The notes under the pieces were generated by a model that was not told the origin of the DNA, did no database searches, and saw nothing but the letters and a program-made list of their open reading frames with translations. A program made the position numbers and the translations under genes. A stretch of 63,987 nt of DNA, the filler included, from Sandaracinaceae bacterium (GTDB lineage: Bacteria > Myxococcota_A > Polyangia > Polyangiales > JADJQN01): NCBI GenBank assembly GCA_947483975.1. It is 8 parts of 8 records of this genome, joined end to end, with 100 filler letters (N's around TTAATTAATTAA, not from the genome) between each part and the next. Parts side by side here need not be neighbours in the genome. Positions count along the whole stretch, not along the records: positions 34,037 to 42,383 come from CANKOL010000239.1; positions 42,484 to 50,820 come from CANKOL010000240.1; 6 more parts are not named here. The stretch is one strand, 5' to 3'. This document shows positions 39,389 to 49,595 of the stretch, in pieces. Every line of letters begins with the position of its first letter. Positions within the stretch are counted from its first letter, which is position 1.

Positions 39389-41121
39389 TGTGCACCGTCG
39401 GACGGGCGCGCCGCAGCCTCGCGGTCGGCTGCGCGGTGCTCGCGCTGATCGGCTGCACGCGCGGCAAGCGGGGCAACCCGGACAACGCCGCGACCCTCGC
39501 GCGACCGATCGCGACGCTCGACGCGGACCCAGGACCGCTCGATGGGCTGACGCGGCGCTTTGCGCGCCTGCGTGACCGGATGCGCGAGCGGGGCGGCACG
39601 GAGGCGTCGGGCCCCGCGCGGTGGTTCGTGCTGGAGGGCGAGGGAGTGTCGGCGCCGCTCGATTTGCCGACCGACCGCTGCACCACGTTCGTGGCGCTCG
39701 GCGGCGGTGGGCTCCACGATCTGCGCCTCGCGCTCTATGACGGCGAGGGGACGGAGGTCGCGGTCGACGCGGTGCCGGGCGAGGGCGCGCTCGTGCACGT
39801 CTGTCCGGGCGCGGAGGCGGAGGCGGGCGAGGGCGGCTACGCGCCGCACCATCTCGTCGCGTCGAGCGCCGAGGGCGCCGGTGCGCTCCTCGTCGCGGCC
39901 TTCACCGTGGAGGCCGGTGCGCGCCCGCGCTTCGAGGGGTTGTTCGACGGATTGCTCGCGCCGCGGCTGGAGACGGCTGCGGTCGAGGCGCGCCTCGCGG
40001 TGGCGCGTGAGCCGCTGAAGGCGCGCGGCTTCGTGCCGCAGGGCGCGACGACGCTCGGCACGCTCGCCGAGGGCGAGGCGCTGCAACGCACCGAGCTGCT
40101 CGCGGTCGACCACTGTTACGCAGTGGTCGCGGCGGCGAGCGATGGCCTCACCGACGTCGACCTCTTCGTCTACGACGCGCACGGCGCCGAGGTCGCCCGC
40201 GACATCGGTCAGGACGCCGCGCCGGCGCTCCATGTGTGTCCGCTCGAGGGGGGCTCGCACACCGTCGAGGTGCGCGCGTTCTCGGGCGCCGGTGGCGTCG
40301 CGCTCGCCGTGCTCAGCGGCCCCGCGGAGCCGCGCGGTCTCGGCGTCGATGGTGCGCCCGCGCTCTCCGGTGAGGACACCGCCCACGGTGAGCCGGGAAC
40401 CGACGCGGCAGTGGATCCTGTCGCCGCGCTCCAGCCGGTGCTCGCCGCGTTCGCCGCTCGTGCTTACGGCGAGCCCGTGCTCGCGGTGCGCGACGGCGTC
40501 ATCGCCCCCGGCGAGGAGCGCGTGCACGAGCTCGCCGTGCCCGCTGGCTGCGTCGTGGTCGTCGTCGCTGGCTCGGGGCGCGGCGCCGACCTCGACCTCT
40601 ATTTGGCCGACACTGCCGGGCACGAGCTCGAGCGCGACACGAGCGTCCAGCCGATCGCGCGCGCCGCAGTCTGCCGACCGACGGCGGGCGTGCTGCGCGC
40701 GACCGTCAAGGCGTACGGGCTCGACGGCCGCTACGCGCTCGCGATGGTGCCGGCGCCGCGCCTGATCGACACGGACAGCGAGCTACGCCTCGACGAGGCG
40801 CGGGCGCCGCTCGTGGCGCGCGGCTACCGCGTGGTCTCATCGAGCGAGGTCGTCCTCGCGCAGGGCGAGCGGCGCGCGCTGCCGCTGTCGATCGCCGCCG
40901 GGAGCTGCGCCGCGGTCGTGGCGGCTGGCGACGCAGGGTTCCGCGACGTGGACCTGTTCCTGCGTGATGGCGATGGACGCCTCCTCGTGCGCGAGTCTGG
41001 ACCAGCGCCTTTCGCGTCGGTCTCGCGGTGCGCGCAGGCGGACGAGGACCTCGTCATCGAGGTCGTCGCGTACCAGGGAGCGGGCACCGTGACGGTCGAG
41101 CAGCTGCAGGGCGCGCCTTGA
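39388..41121 (+). CDS. lipoprotein with four tandem PPC-like domains
   Basis: ATG overlaps the upstream stop; lipobox LIGC; four C...D(L/V)(D/R)L...D..G...C units. Confidence 0.75.
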   Translation: MCTVGRARRSLAVGCAVLALIGCTRGKRGNPDNAATLARPIATLDADPGPLDGLTRRFARLRDRMRERGGTEASGPARWFVLEGEGVSAPLDLPTDRCTTFVALGGGGLHDLRLALYDGEGTEVAVDAVPGEGALVHVCPGAEAEAGEGGYAPHHLVASSAEGAGALLVAAFTVEAGARPRFEGLFDGLLAPRLETAAVEARLAVAREPLKARGFVPQGATTLGTLAEGEALQRTELLAVDHCYAVVAAASDGLTDVDLFVYDAHGAEVARDIGQDAAPALHVCPLEGGSHTVEVRAFSGAGGVALAVLSGPAEPRGLGVDGAPALSGEDTAHGEPGTDAAVDPVAALQPVLAAFAARAYGEPVLAVRDGVIAPGEERVHELAVPAGCVVVVVAGSGRGADLDLYLADTAGHELERDTSVQPIARAAVCRPTAGVLRATVKAYGLDGRYALAMVPAPRLIDTDSELRLDEARAPLVARGYRVVSSSEVVLAQGERRALPLSIAAGSCAAVVAAGDAGFRDVDLFLRDGDGRLLVRESGPAPFASVSRCAQADEDLVIEVVAYQGAGTVTVEQLQGAP

Positions 41122-42383
41122 GACGTCGGTCGCTCGGCGCGGCGCTGGCGCTGTGCTGCCTGTGCACGACGCCGCCCGCCGCCCGAGCCGTCGCGCCAGA
41201 CGACGACGCGCTCACGGCGTGCATGGCGCCCGTGCTTGCGCCGCTGACCGCGCGAGGCGCGACGCAGCACGACGCGACCACGATGTTCCTCGTCGAGGGG
41301 CAGCTGCGCTCGTCGCTCGTCGTCCTCGAGGCTCCGGGCTGCGTCGGCTTCCTCGCGGTCGGCGCGGCGCGAGTCCGCGACCTCGACCTCTTTCTCCACA
41401 CCGCCGGGGGCACGCTGCTCGTCGAGGATACCGGCCCAGACGCCCATCCCTATGTGCGCTTCTGCGGCGCGGCGGGGCTCCAGCTCGCGGTCACGGTGCG
41501 GATGTACACGGGGCAGGGCGAGGCGCGGCTCGTGCGCCTCGACGACGCGCCTGCGACGATCCCCGACCTCGACGCGCTGCTCGGCGAGTGCATCGTGCCC
41601 GTCGGAGGGGTGCGCCGCCCACGACCGGAGATCGGCCCCGATGTCGCCACCCGCACGCTCGACGCCTCCCTCGCCGCGGTGGTCGCGCGGCAGGCGGAAC
41701 TCGGGCGCGCCGCGGCGGGGGCTTCGTTTCGAGCGACCCTCGTCGAGCACTCCACGCTCACGCGCGACCTCTCGCTGGTCGGGGACGCCTGCTACGCGGT
41801 CGAGGGAGTCGGCGGCCACGAACTGTACAACCTCGACCTCGCCGTGGCGGCACCCGACGGCACCGCGGTGACGCGGGATGCCAACCGAGCCCTGGACGCG
41901 CAGCTCGCGTTCTGTACGACCTCGACCGGGATCTACCGACTCTCGGTGCACGCCGACGTCGGTCATGGGGAGGTCGCCGTGCAGCTCTTTCGCGTGCCGG
42001 CGCCCGCGGCCCCTCTCCCCGCAGGGCTCGTGGGCGGCGCGAGGGTTCGCTACGCCGAGCTCGGGGCGCGCATGGCGACGCGCGGCTTCGGGCTTCGGCC
42101 GCTCGGGTGGGGGCAGCTCGGGCCCGGCGAGCGGCTCGCGATGCCGCTGCCGGTCACGCGGGGGCAGTGCGTCGCCGTCGGGGGAGTTGCGTCCGACGAC
42201 CTCGACGGGGCGGACCTCGACGTCGTCGTCGAGGGCGACGACGGGCGCCTCGTCGCGTGGCACGTCGGGCTGAGCGGGCTGCCGCTCGTCTATGTGTGCG
42301 CCGAGCGCGACGAGCGCCTGCGGATCGTCGGCAAGGTCAACGGACAGCAGCTCGGTCGCTATCTGATCGTCGTCGGAGAGGAC
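41118..42383 (+). CDS. secreted protein with at least three PPC-like domains (3' truncated)
   Basis: TTG overlaps the upstream stop; signal peptide; three DLDL/NLDL/DLDV units. Confidence 0.7.
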
Positions 42384-42483
42384 NNNNNNNNNNNNNNNNN
42401 NNNNNNNNNNNNNNNNNNNNNNNNNNNTTAATTAATTAANNNNNNNNNNNNNNNNNNNNNNNNNNNNNNNNNNNNNNNNNNNN

Positions 42484-42577
42484 CTGCGTCGGTGATCGGC
42501 GTGGGGTCAGAGCCACAGCCAGCCACACCGAGCACGAGAATCGCAGTCACCAGCAGCTTGCGCATAGAGATCTCCAT
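42484..42577 (-). CDS. lipoprotein N-terminus (truncated by gap)
   Basis: MEISMRKLLVTAILVLGVAGCGSD lipobox. Confidence 0.55.
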
Positions 42578-42580
42578 CAC

Positions 42581-43057
42581 TCAGTTCCCCAATCGAAGTG
42601 AATCACCGGAGAGCGCAGTTCCTTCACGGTCGAAGCAGCGCGCGTGGCTCAGCGTCACCGCCGCGCCCATCCCGTCCGTACGGCGCACCGTGACGGCACC
42701 TGCCGCAAACGGCATATCGGTCTGACGCGTGAACGTCACCGCGGTGCGCGGCGACTCGTGCACTTGAGTGCCGAGCGTCCCGTCCGCGAAGTCCACGCCG
42801 AGCACCTCTGTGCCCGCCTCGACGAGCACGACCTCGCAGCTGCGCGCCGCGGCGTTGGTGACGGTGAGCCCAGACGTCGAGACCGCGCGGCAGAGGCCTG
42901 TGTCGCAGACCAGCCCAGCTCCGCAGAGTCCGCCGGCGAGGCAGGCGCAGCCCGCGCCGCCCGGCGCACATACCCCGGCGTCGGGCGGAGGCGCGGTGTC
43001 GCCGCAAGCGGAGATCAGCGCGGCGAACAGGCAGAGCACGAGCGATTTGCGCAGCAT
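42581..43057 (-). CDS. Cys-rich lipoprotein downstream of the RHS gene
   Basis: MLRKSLVLCLFAALISAC lipobox; C..G..GC.C.....C..GL.C....C module. Confidence 0.75.
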   Translation of the reverse strand: MLRKSLVLCLFAALISACGDTAPPPDAGVCAPGGAGCACLAGGLCGAGLVCDTGLCRAVSTSGLTVTNAAARSCEVVLVEAGTEVLGVDFADGTLGTQVHESPRTAVTFTRQTDMPFAAGAVTVRRTDGMGAAVTLSHARCFDREGTALSGDSLRLGN

Positions 43058-43117
43058 GGGTGTGGACCCTTCGAAGACGGCGGATGGAGGATGAAAGCGG
43101 CTCATGGAACCCAACCC

Positions 43118-46100
43118 CTATTGACCAGGATCTTGGAGAGCAGCCTCGGGGAGCCCCGCGGCCTGACTAGCAGCAGCCTTGTTGGCGACCTCGACACTCG
43201 CCGTCAGGGCCGAGTAGCCGAGCGACAGAGACTGGTTGACAACCGCTGAGGTGGTGATGTTGATGAGCCCACCGCCCGCGGCGAGCAGAGGTTCGGGCGC
43301 ACCGAGGGCCATCGCGGTGATCGCTCCAGCGATGGCTCCGACGATGAGGACGCCCTTGAGAACCTTGCCTCCCGCCGACTTGCCGAGGTGGTTCCAGCCT
43401 CTGCCGACCGTCCGGCCTACAGCGCGGCCCGCGCGGGTGTTCTTGATCAGCGCCCCGACGCTCTTGCCGGCCACCTGACTGGCGACGCTCATGATCGCGC
43501 CTGCGGCAGCACCGATCGGCCCGCCGATGGCAAACCCGATCGCCGCGCTGAGCGCCACCTTCGCCGCCGCGACGAGAAATGGATGCTTCGCCATGAAGGC
43601 CTTGGCCTTGCCGACGAAACCAGGCTTAGGAGGCGGCGGGGCGACGCTGGCGAGACGCGGAGGCCCGGCCGACTTCTTCGGCGCTGCCGCCTCCAGCCCG
43701 GCGAGCCCCAATTCGTCGATGGCGTTGCCGTAGTGATTGGCGACATAGGCATAGCCGCTGGTCGCCTCGCCGAGGCGCTCGACGCCCGCCGGGGTGAGCG
43801 TTTCGAAGGCCGGGTCCGGGGACGTCCAGCGCCCCGCCTGCGTGTCGAGCTCCCGGAACTGGTACGCGAGCAGGCCAGTGCTCTCGTCCTCCTCTTGTCC
43901 CGAGTAGCCGTGCTCATCGACGAAGCCGGTGCGATATCGGACCTCGCCGCTCGGGTAATAGAACGTCTCGCCCGCCACCGAGCCATCGGCCGCGGTCGCC
44001 AGGCTCGTCGAGCCGAGGTTGTCCTGATGGAGGAACGCGACGTCCCCGCCGTCGAGCGCGAGCAAGCGCCGCGCGGCGCCCGAGAGCAGCCACATCGCCT
44101 TGGACGCGCCGGGCGCGCCATCGACGATCCCTGCCGCCGTCGCCACAGACACCCACGCATCCGCCGCGTTGATCTCGTCGTCGCCCGCGGCGAGCGGCGC
44201 GACATCCGTCAGCACCCCCGTCTGCACGGAGGCGCTGCGCAGCCGACCCACGCGCCAAGTGCCCAGGCGCGGATAGACGGATACGACGCCATCCCGCACC
44301 TCGGCCTCGTCACCGAGGTAGTACGTGACGCTGCCATTCTCCACCCGCGCGACCCGCTTCGAGGCCGCGCCGTAGAAGAACTCACCGGTCTTCCCCGCCT
44401 CGCCCGTCGCCGACTCGAGACGACCAAGATGGTCATACGCGAGCGAAGTCGTACCACGCCGCGTCGTGTGCCCAGACGCGTCGTACTCGTAGTCGAGCAC
44501 ACCCGCGTGCAGCACCGCGTTCGGATGCTCCGGGTCGTAGGTGAGCGCGCCGACGTGCGCGCGGCTTCGCGCGCCGAGGCTCGACACGACGCTGAGCGGG
44601 CGGTCCCCGATATCGTACGTGTAGTTGAGAGTCTCCTCGTCGGCCGCCGGCTCACCGTACGTCGCCTCTTGCAGGCGATAGAGCGAGTCGTAGGAGAAGC
44701 GTCCGCTCAGGGACGGGCGCGTGCCCGCCGTCTCCGAGGTGTCGCTCATCGTGAGCACGTTGCCGGCGCGGTCGCGCGTCATCGACACGCCCTGAAGCAC
44801 GCTGGTGCCGCGGCGCGTCTCGAGCGCCTCCAGCCGACCCGCGTCGTCGTAGCTGCGCTCGCCGCGGGTCCCATTCGCGTAGAACAGCGTCGCGATGCGG
44901 CCCTGATCGTCATACGCGATATCGTCGAGAATTCCCGAGATCCCCGTCGGGCGCGAGCCCTGATCGTACGTGCGGTCGAACGCGATCCCGCCCGGATAGG
45001 CCGAGCGCGTCAGCCGCCCGATCGCGTCGAAGCTGAACTGCGAGACGAAGCGCGTCCCCCCGAGCGTGCGGGCCTCGAGCGTCCCGTTGCCGCGCGCGTC
45101 GTAGCCGAGTTCGTCCCGGCCCATGCCGAGCTCCCCGAGCGGATAGCGCATCCCGACGATGCGCCGCGCGCCGTTGGTGCAGCCAGTGCAATCGGTGTCC
45201 TCGTCGTACAGGACCTCAGTCCGCGTCGCGGCGTCTGCGGTCGGATCCCACTGCGCGACGAGCCGGCCAACTCCGTCGTACTCGGCCGCCGTCACCGCGC
45301 CGCGCGCGTCCGTGCGCTGCACGATGTGCCCGGCCGCGTCGTACGCGAAGGCGATCATCCCGCGGTCCGGGTCGAGCGCGCTGACGACGCGCCCGAGCAG
45401 ATCGTACGACTGCGAGTGCTCGACTCCGTCCGGCGCGTGCACCGAGGCGAGCCGTCCGAGCGAGTCGTAATCGAGCGTCGTCGTGGCGGTCACTCCGCCG
45501 CCGAGGTCCCGAGTCGCCGACACGACGCGATCGAGCCCATCGACTTGCTCGACGAGCGGAGTGCCCGCGTGCGGTCCTGAGGCGTCGTTGTCTTCCGCGT
45601 CGTAGCGCGAAGTACGGAGGGGGCCGTACACCGCGCGGAGCGTCGAGCGCGCGCCCGCGACGCTGTCGGTGCTCTCGGTGGTCTCGACGACGCGATCGAG
45701 CGCGTCGTAGGTGAACGTCTCGAAGGGGACGCTCGTCGGCGCCGCCATGTCGCACGCGCCGCTCGGGCTCACGTACTCGTCGTAGGCGCGGACCGCCTTC
45801 CCGCGGCGATTCAGGACCTGGAAGCCCGACACCTGATAGTCGCCGTCGGCGATGCGCGTGCGCGACTGGACCTGCCGCCCCTGCCCGTCGAGGCAGAGAA
45901 TCTCCTCCGAATCGACCGCGCCGCCCATCACGCTGCGCGAGCGCGTGACGATGCGGGTGACCGGAGAGCCCGCCTCGTACGAGAACTCCTCAGTCGGCGT
46001 CGCCTCGACGTCGCCCGTCTTCAGGATGGCGCTCGGGCGCCCGAACGAGTCGTAGCGATAGCGCTCTGCGTTGCGAGCGGTCACTGCCGCCCCGCCGCGG

Positions 46101-49100
46101 ACGAGCATCCACGACGTCGCCTCGCTCACGTCGTAGAACGCGGACTCGTAGGTGTACTCGCGGCGCAGCGCCACGGGGGCCCCGCTGCGGTCGTGGAAGA
46201 GGTCGTCCACGCGCGCGACGCGCAGCCCGAGGTCGTCGTACGTCAGCTGCCGACGGTAGTCATCGGTCACCGCGAGCGAGCCATTCGGGAAGATCTCTTC
46301 GACGATATTCCCATTCGCGTCGTAGCGGACCCGCTGCGAGTCCACCCACGCGCTCGCGTCCACGCGATCCCGCACGCTCGTCGCCGCGCCGCGGGTCAAC
46401 TGCCCTTCGGCCAAGGGGCTGAAGTCACTCCCATCGTAGCGAGTGACCTGCTCCGTCTCCGCTCCACCGAGCTCGCCAAACGTCGTGCGCCGCACGGGCT
46501 TGCCGAGGATCCACGCGCCCGACGTCGCCGCGCCAGGCTGGACATACGTCGTCCGGACATACGCCTCGTCACCCGCGCAGGTCGGGCCGCACGGCCCCGA
46601 ACCGGGCGCGCACGCGCCGCACGCGGTCGGCGCCTCGGGCGAGCCGAGGTTGACGACCCCGAGGTTGCTGACGAGCGTCTTGGCGCCGTAGCCGTCGTAT
46701 TCCTGCTCGGTGCGCGTCGTGCGCCACTCGGCCTCCGGCGCGCCCTCCTGCACGATGGTGATGACCGACTGCTCGCAGGGCCAGCGGACCGGGACGGGCA
46801 GACCCGCGGGGACCTCGGCGACCGCGCAGTCTCCCCACGTCGTCCGCGTCTCGAGCATCGGTGACCAGGCGCCCGGCGCGCCGCCGAAGCGCGCGCTCTT
46901 GAGCATGAGTCCATGCCGATGGCGCGTGGCGTCGGTGAGGCCGAGATCATAATCGAAGACCGTCTGAGCGCCGGTCTGTCCGTCTGTCGCCAGGTCGGAG
47001 GTCTCGATTCGCTCGACGTGCCCAAACCCGCGAAACGCACGGTCGACTCCGTCGTAATAGCCGTCTCGATACGTCATCGACGAGCGGTCGTGGAGGCCAG
47101 TCGTCTCGTCGGCGAAGAGCCGATTCCAGACGTCCATGCCGACGACGACGTTCATCGCGTTCGGGAGGCGGTGCGCCCAGGGCGCCGTCGCCGCGTCCCG
47201 CGCCTGCTGCAGCACCGAGGTGCCGTACTCGATCGTCTGCACGCCGCCGAGGCCGTTCTCGACCCGGCTCAGCAGGTTCGGGCGAACCGGGAAGAGCTCC
47301 AGGAACTGCACATGCCCGCCATCGATCCACACGATGTCGTTGGACCCGCTGCCGTTCATGTCCGCGAACAACACCGTCGTCGTGCCAGGCACGCGCGAAG
47401 GCAGGTCCCCGGTCACCTCCGCCGAGGTCAGCCGCACGACAGGCGCGAACGTCCCGGCGTTCTGATTTACCGCGTAGCGGACCTCGTTGCCCGCGACGAG
47501 CACGACGTCCGCGAGGCCGTCTCCGTTGATGTCCTCGAGCGAGAGGAGGCTGACGTCCGCGCCGCCGAAGCCCGCGAGGCTGACGAACTCCCACGGTCCC
47601 CAGGTGCCGAAGCCGAGGTTCGTGCGGAACCGGAGCTGGTCGCCGCCCGTCAGGATCTCGACGGGGTCTTGGAGCCCGTCGCCGTTGAGGTCGGCGAATT
47701 GCAGCGTCGGAGAGTCGTCGAACACGGCGCCGATGTCCTGCACGGCCCGCTGCACGAACGCCGTGCCCGTGTTGACGAAGACCTCGCTGGAGCCCGTCGT
47801 CGTGCGGATGAGATCGATTCGCTTGTCGTCGTCGTAGTCGAGGAAGCGGACATGGAGCGGATTCGAGTCGCCCGTGCCGTCGGCGTCGAGCACCGGCAGC
47901 GTCGAGTTCATGATGCAGCTCGAGCCGTTCCAGTCGCCGCTGCCGTCGTTGCAGAGCACCTGCCCGGTGCGCGACGAGATGATGTCGGTGAAGCCGTCGC
48001 CGTTGACGTCGAGCACCTGCACGCCCGGATTGCCGAGGATGAACGTGCTCGCACCGGGCGTCGCCGTGCTGGAATAGCCTGCGCCAAACCGCGGTTGTCC
48101 CGTCGTGACGTCCATGACGGAGGGAACGAAGGTGTGTCGGCCAGTGGCGCTCGTCTCGAGCACATCCGGCAGCGCGTCACCGTTGATGTCGAGCAGCGTC
48201 GAGCGCCCGTTGATCAGGTCCACGCCCGCGGGCAGCGCGCCCATATCCACCATGAACGGCCCCTCGCAGGCGCCTGAGCACGCGCCATCGAGCGAGCGCG
48301 AGTATGCGAACGTGAACCGCGCAGGCATGGTCGCGTCCAAGCGGCCGCGCGTCTCGACGCCCGCCAGGCGGCTGACTCCGCCCGCGGCGCTCTCGTAGGT
48401 CAGCAGATAGCGGCGGATCGTCTCACTGCCCGAGCGGACCTGGATCTCGCGGAGGCGCTGACTGAGGATCAGCTCGAAGCCTGGCTCGCCGGTCGAGAGG
48501 TTGTCGCCGCGCGCTTCGTACGCGAAACGGACCGAAAACCGCGGCCCAGAGGCCGTGTCCACATAGGTGATCTCGTCGAGCAGCGACGTCTCGCCGTCCT
48601 TGACGTAGCGGTAGTGAATCGCGTGTCCCCAGGCGTCCACCCGCGCGACCAGAAGATAGCGATACACGCCGCCGGTCGCCGTCTCGACGCGCGCGGTGCG
48701 CACTGGAGTGTGCGCCGCGGTCTCGTCAGCGCCGTAATACGCGATGGTTCCGTCGGGATACTCAGCGGTCCAATACCCCGCGGCGCCCGCGGGCGCGCGG
48801 CCGTACCACTGATAGCGAATGAAGCCGCGCTCGTTGCGCGCGCGATAGACCGCGGACGTCGCCGTCGCGCTGACGCGCACGAGCTCGCCGCCGCCGTCGG
48901 CCGCGAACTCGTCGGCCTCGGTGTACTCCGGCAGCCCGTGCAGGCGCATCCGGTCGATCGACGAGACGCCCATCGACCAGCCCACGCCGACCTCGCCCGC
49001 GCCTCCCCCGGAGGAGTACGAGAGCGAGACTTGCGGCGTCGCGGTGCCGAAGCCTTCCGGCACCTCGACGGGCACCTGATAGAGCATCGAGCCCATGTTG

Positions 49101-49252
49101 ACGTCGAGGTCGACGTTGTCGCCGACTCCGCCGACCGAGCCTGGACCGTCGGGGAGCGAGACGCGCTCGTCCGAGACGCCGCTGTCGGCGTGGACGATCG
49201 GCGCGACGAGCGTGAGACCGACCAGGACGACGAGGCTGAGAAGTCTACGCAT
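43118..49252 (-). CDS. SpvB/TcdB-midN + FG-GAP + RHS/YD-repeat protein (TcB-TcC-like fusion) with C-terminal cargo
   Basis: Signal peptide; LSYSSGGG.G.VG.GW (SpvB); repeated D(I/L/V)NGDG; YD repeats; RHS core HQDNLGS, YSGQEED..TGL, GRWTSPDP, Y.Y..N......DELGL. Confidence 0.92.
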   Translation of the reverse strand: MRRLLSLVVLVGLTLVAPIVHADSGVSDERVSLPDGPGSVGGVGDNVDLDVNMGSMLYQVPVEVPEGFGTATPQVSLSYSSGGGAGEVGVGWSMGVSSIDRMRLHGLPEYTEADEFAADGGGELVRVSATATSAVYRARNERGFIRYQWYGRAPAGAAGYWTAEYPDGTIAYYGADETAAHTPVRTARVETATGGVYRYLLVARVDAWGHAIHYRYVKDGETSLLDEITYVDTASGPRFSVRFAYEARGDNLSTGEPGFELILSQRLREIQVRSGSETIRRYLLTYESAAGGVSRLAGVETRGRLDATMPARFTFAYSRSLDGACSGACEGPFMVDMGALPAGVDLINGRSTLLDINGDALPDVLETSATGRHTFVPSVMDVTTGQPRFGAGYSSTATPGASTFILGNPGVQVLDVNGDGFTDIISSRTGQVLCNDGSGDWNGSSCIMNSTLPVLDADGTGDSNPLHVRFLDYDDDKRIDLIRTTTGSSEVFVNTGTAFVQRAVQDIGAVFDDSPTLQFADLNGDGLQDPVEILTGGDQLRFRTNLGFGTWGPWEFVSLAGFGGADVSLLSLEDINGDGLADVVLVAGNEVRYAVNQNAGTFAPVVRLTSAEVTGDLPSRVPGTTTVLFADMNGSGSNDIVWIDGGHVQFLELFPVRPNLLSRVENGLGGVQTIEYGTSVLQQARDAATAPWAHRLPNAMNVVVGMDVWNRLFADETTGLHDRSSMTYRDGYYDGVDRAFRGFGHVERIETSDLATDGQTGAQTVFDYDLGLTDATRHRHGLMLKSARFGGAPGAWSPMLETRTTWGDCAVAEVPAGLPVPVRWPCEQSVITIVQEGAPEAEWRTTRTEQEYDGYGAKTLVSNLGVVNLGSPEAPTACGACAPGSGPCGPTCAGDEAYVRTTYVQPGAATSGAWILGKPVRRTTFGELGGAETEQVTRYDGSDFSPLAEGQLTRGAATSVRDRVDASAWVDSQRVRYDANGNIVEEIFPNGSLAVTDDYRRQLTYDDLGLRVARVDDLFHDRSGAPVALRREYTYESAFYDVSEATSWMLVRGGAAVTARNAERYRYDSFGRPSAILKTGDVEATPTEEFSYEAGSPVTRIVTRSRSVMGGAVDSEEILCLDGQGRQVQSRTRIADGDYQVSGFQVLNRRGKAVRAYDEYVSPSGACDMAAPTSVPFETFTYDALDRVVETTESTDSVAGARSTLRAVYGPLRTSRYDAEDNDASGPHAGTPLVEQVDGLDRVVSATRDLGGGVTATTTLDYDSLGRLASVHAPDGVEHSQSYDLLGRVVSALDPDRGMIAFAYDAAGHIVQRTDARGAVTAAEYDGVGRLVAQWDPTADAATRTEVLYDEDTDCTGCTNGARRIVGMRYPLGELGMGRDELGYDARGNGTLEARTLGGTRFVSQFSFDAIGRLTRSAYPGGIAFDRTYDQGSRPTGISGILDDIAYDDQGRIATLFYANGTRGERSYDDAGRLEALETRRGTSVLQGVSMTRDRAGNVLTMSDTSETAGTRPSLSGRFSYDSLYRLQEATYGEPAADEETLNYTYDIGDRPLSVVSSLGARSRAHVGALTYDPEHPNAVLHAGVLDYEYDASGHTTRRGTTSLAYDHLGRLESATGEAGKTGEFFYGAASKRVARVENGSVTYYLGDEAEVRDGVVSVYPRLGTWRVGRLRSASVQTGVLTDVAPLAAGDDEINAADAWVSVATAAGIVDGAPGASKAMWLLSGAARRLLALDGGDVAFLHQDNLGSTSLATAADGSVAGETFYYPSGEVRYRTGFVDEHGYSGQEEDESTGLLAYQFRELDTQAGRWTSPDPAFETLTPAGVERLGEATSGYAYVANHYGNAIDELGLAGLEAAAPKKSAGPPRLASVAPPPPKPGFVGKAKAFMAKHPFLVAAAKVALSAAIGFAIGGPIGAAAGAIMSVASQVAGKSVGALIKNTRAGRAVGRTVGRGWNHLGKSAGGKVLKGVLIVGAIAGAITAMALGAPEPLLAAGGGLINITTSAVVNQSLSLGYSALTASVEVANKAAASQAAGLPEAALQDPGQ

Positions 49253-49595
49253 GGGCGCTGAGTCCTTGACTGCCGAGAACGTTCGACCGTAACCGGGCCG
49301 GAGCCCCGGAACGGGCCGCCCCTGGCCGAGCCAGAGGCCGATGTTTTCAAGGGTTCGCTGCGAGGGCCGTGGAGCGCGTGGGCAAGGCGGACAGGGTCAT
49401 CGCCGTGCCTCGAGGGCGAGGCGCTGCGCCTGCGTCAGGCGGACTATGAAAGGCCGAACGTAGACCGGTTGACCACAATCAACAAGTGGGTTCGGCGCGA
49501 CACTGCTATTTTATTTGCCCGCGGAATTGGGGCGGCGCGCTCGTCGCGACCACCGCCATTGCGCTTGGCCGCCCCTGCCCCATCTTCTCGCCGCG

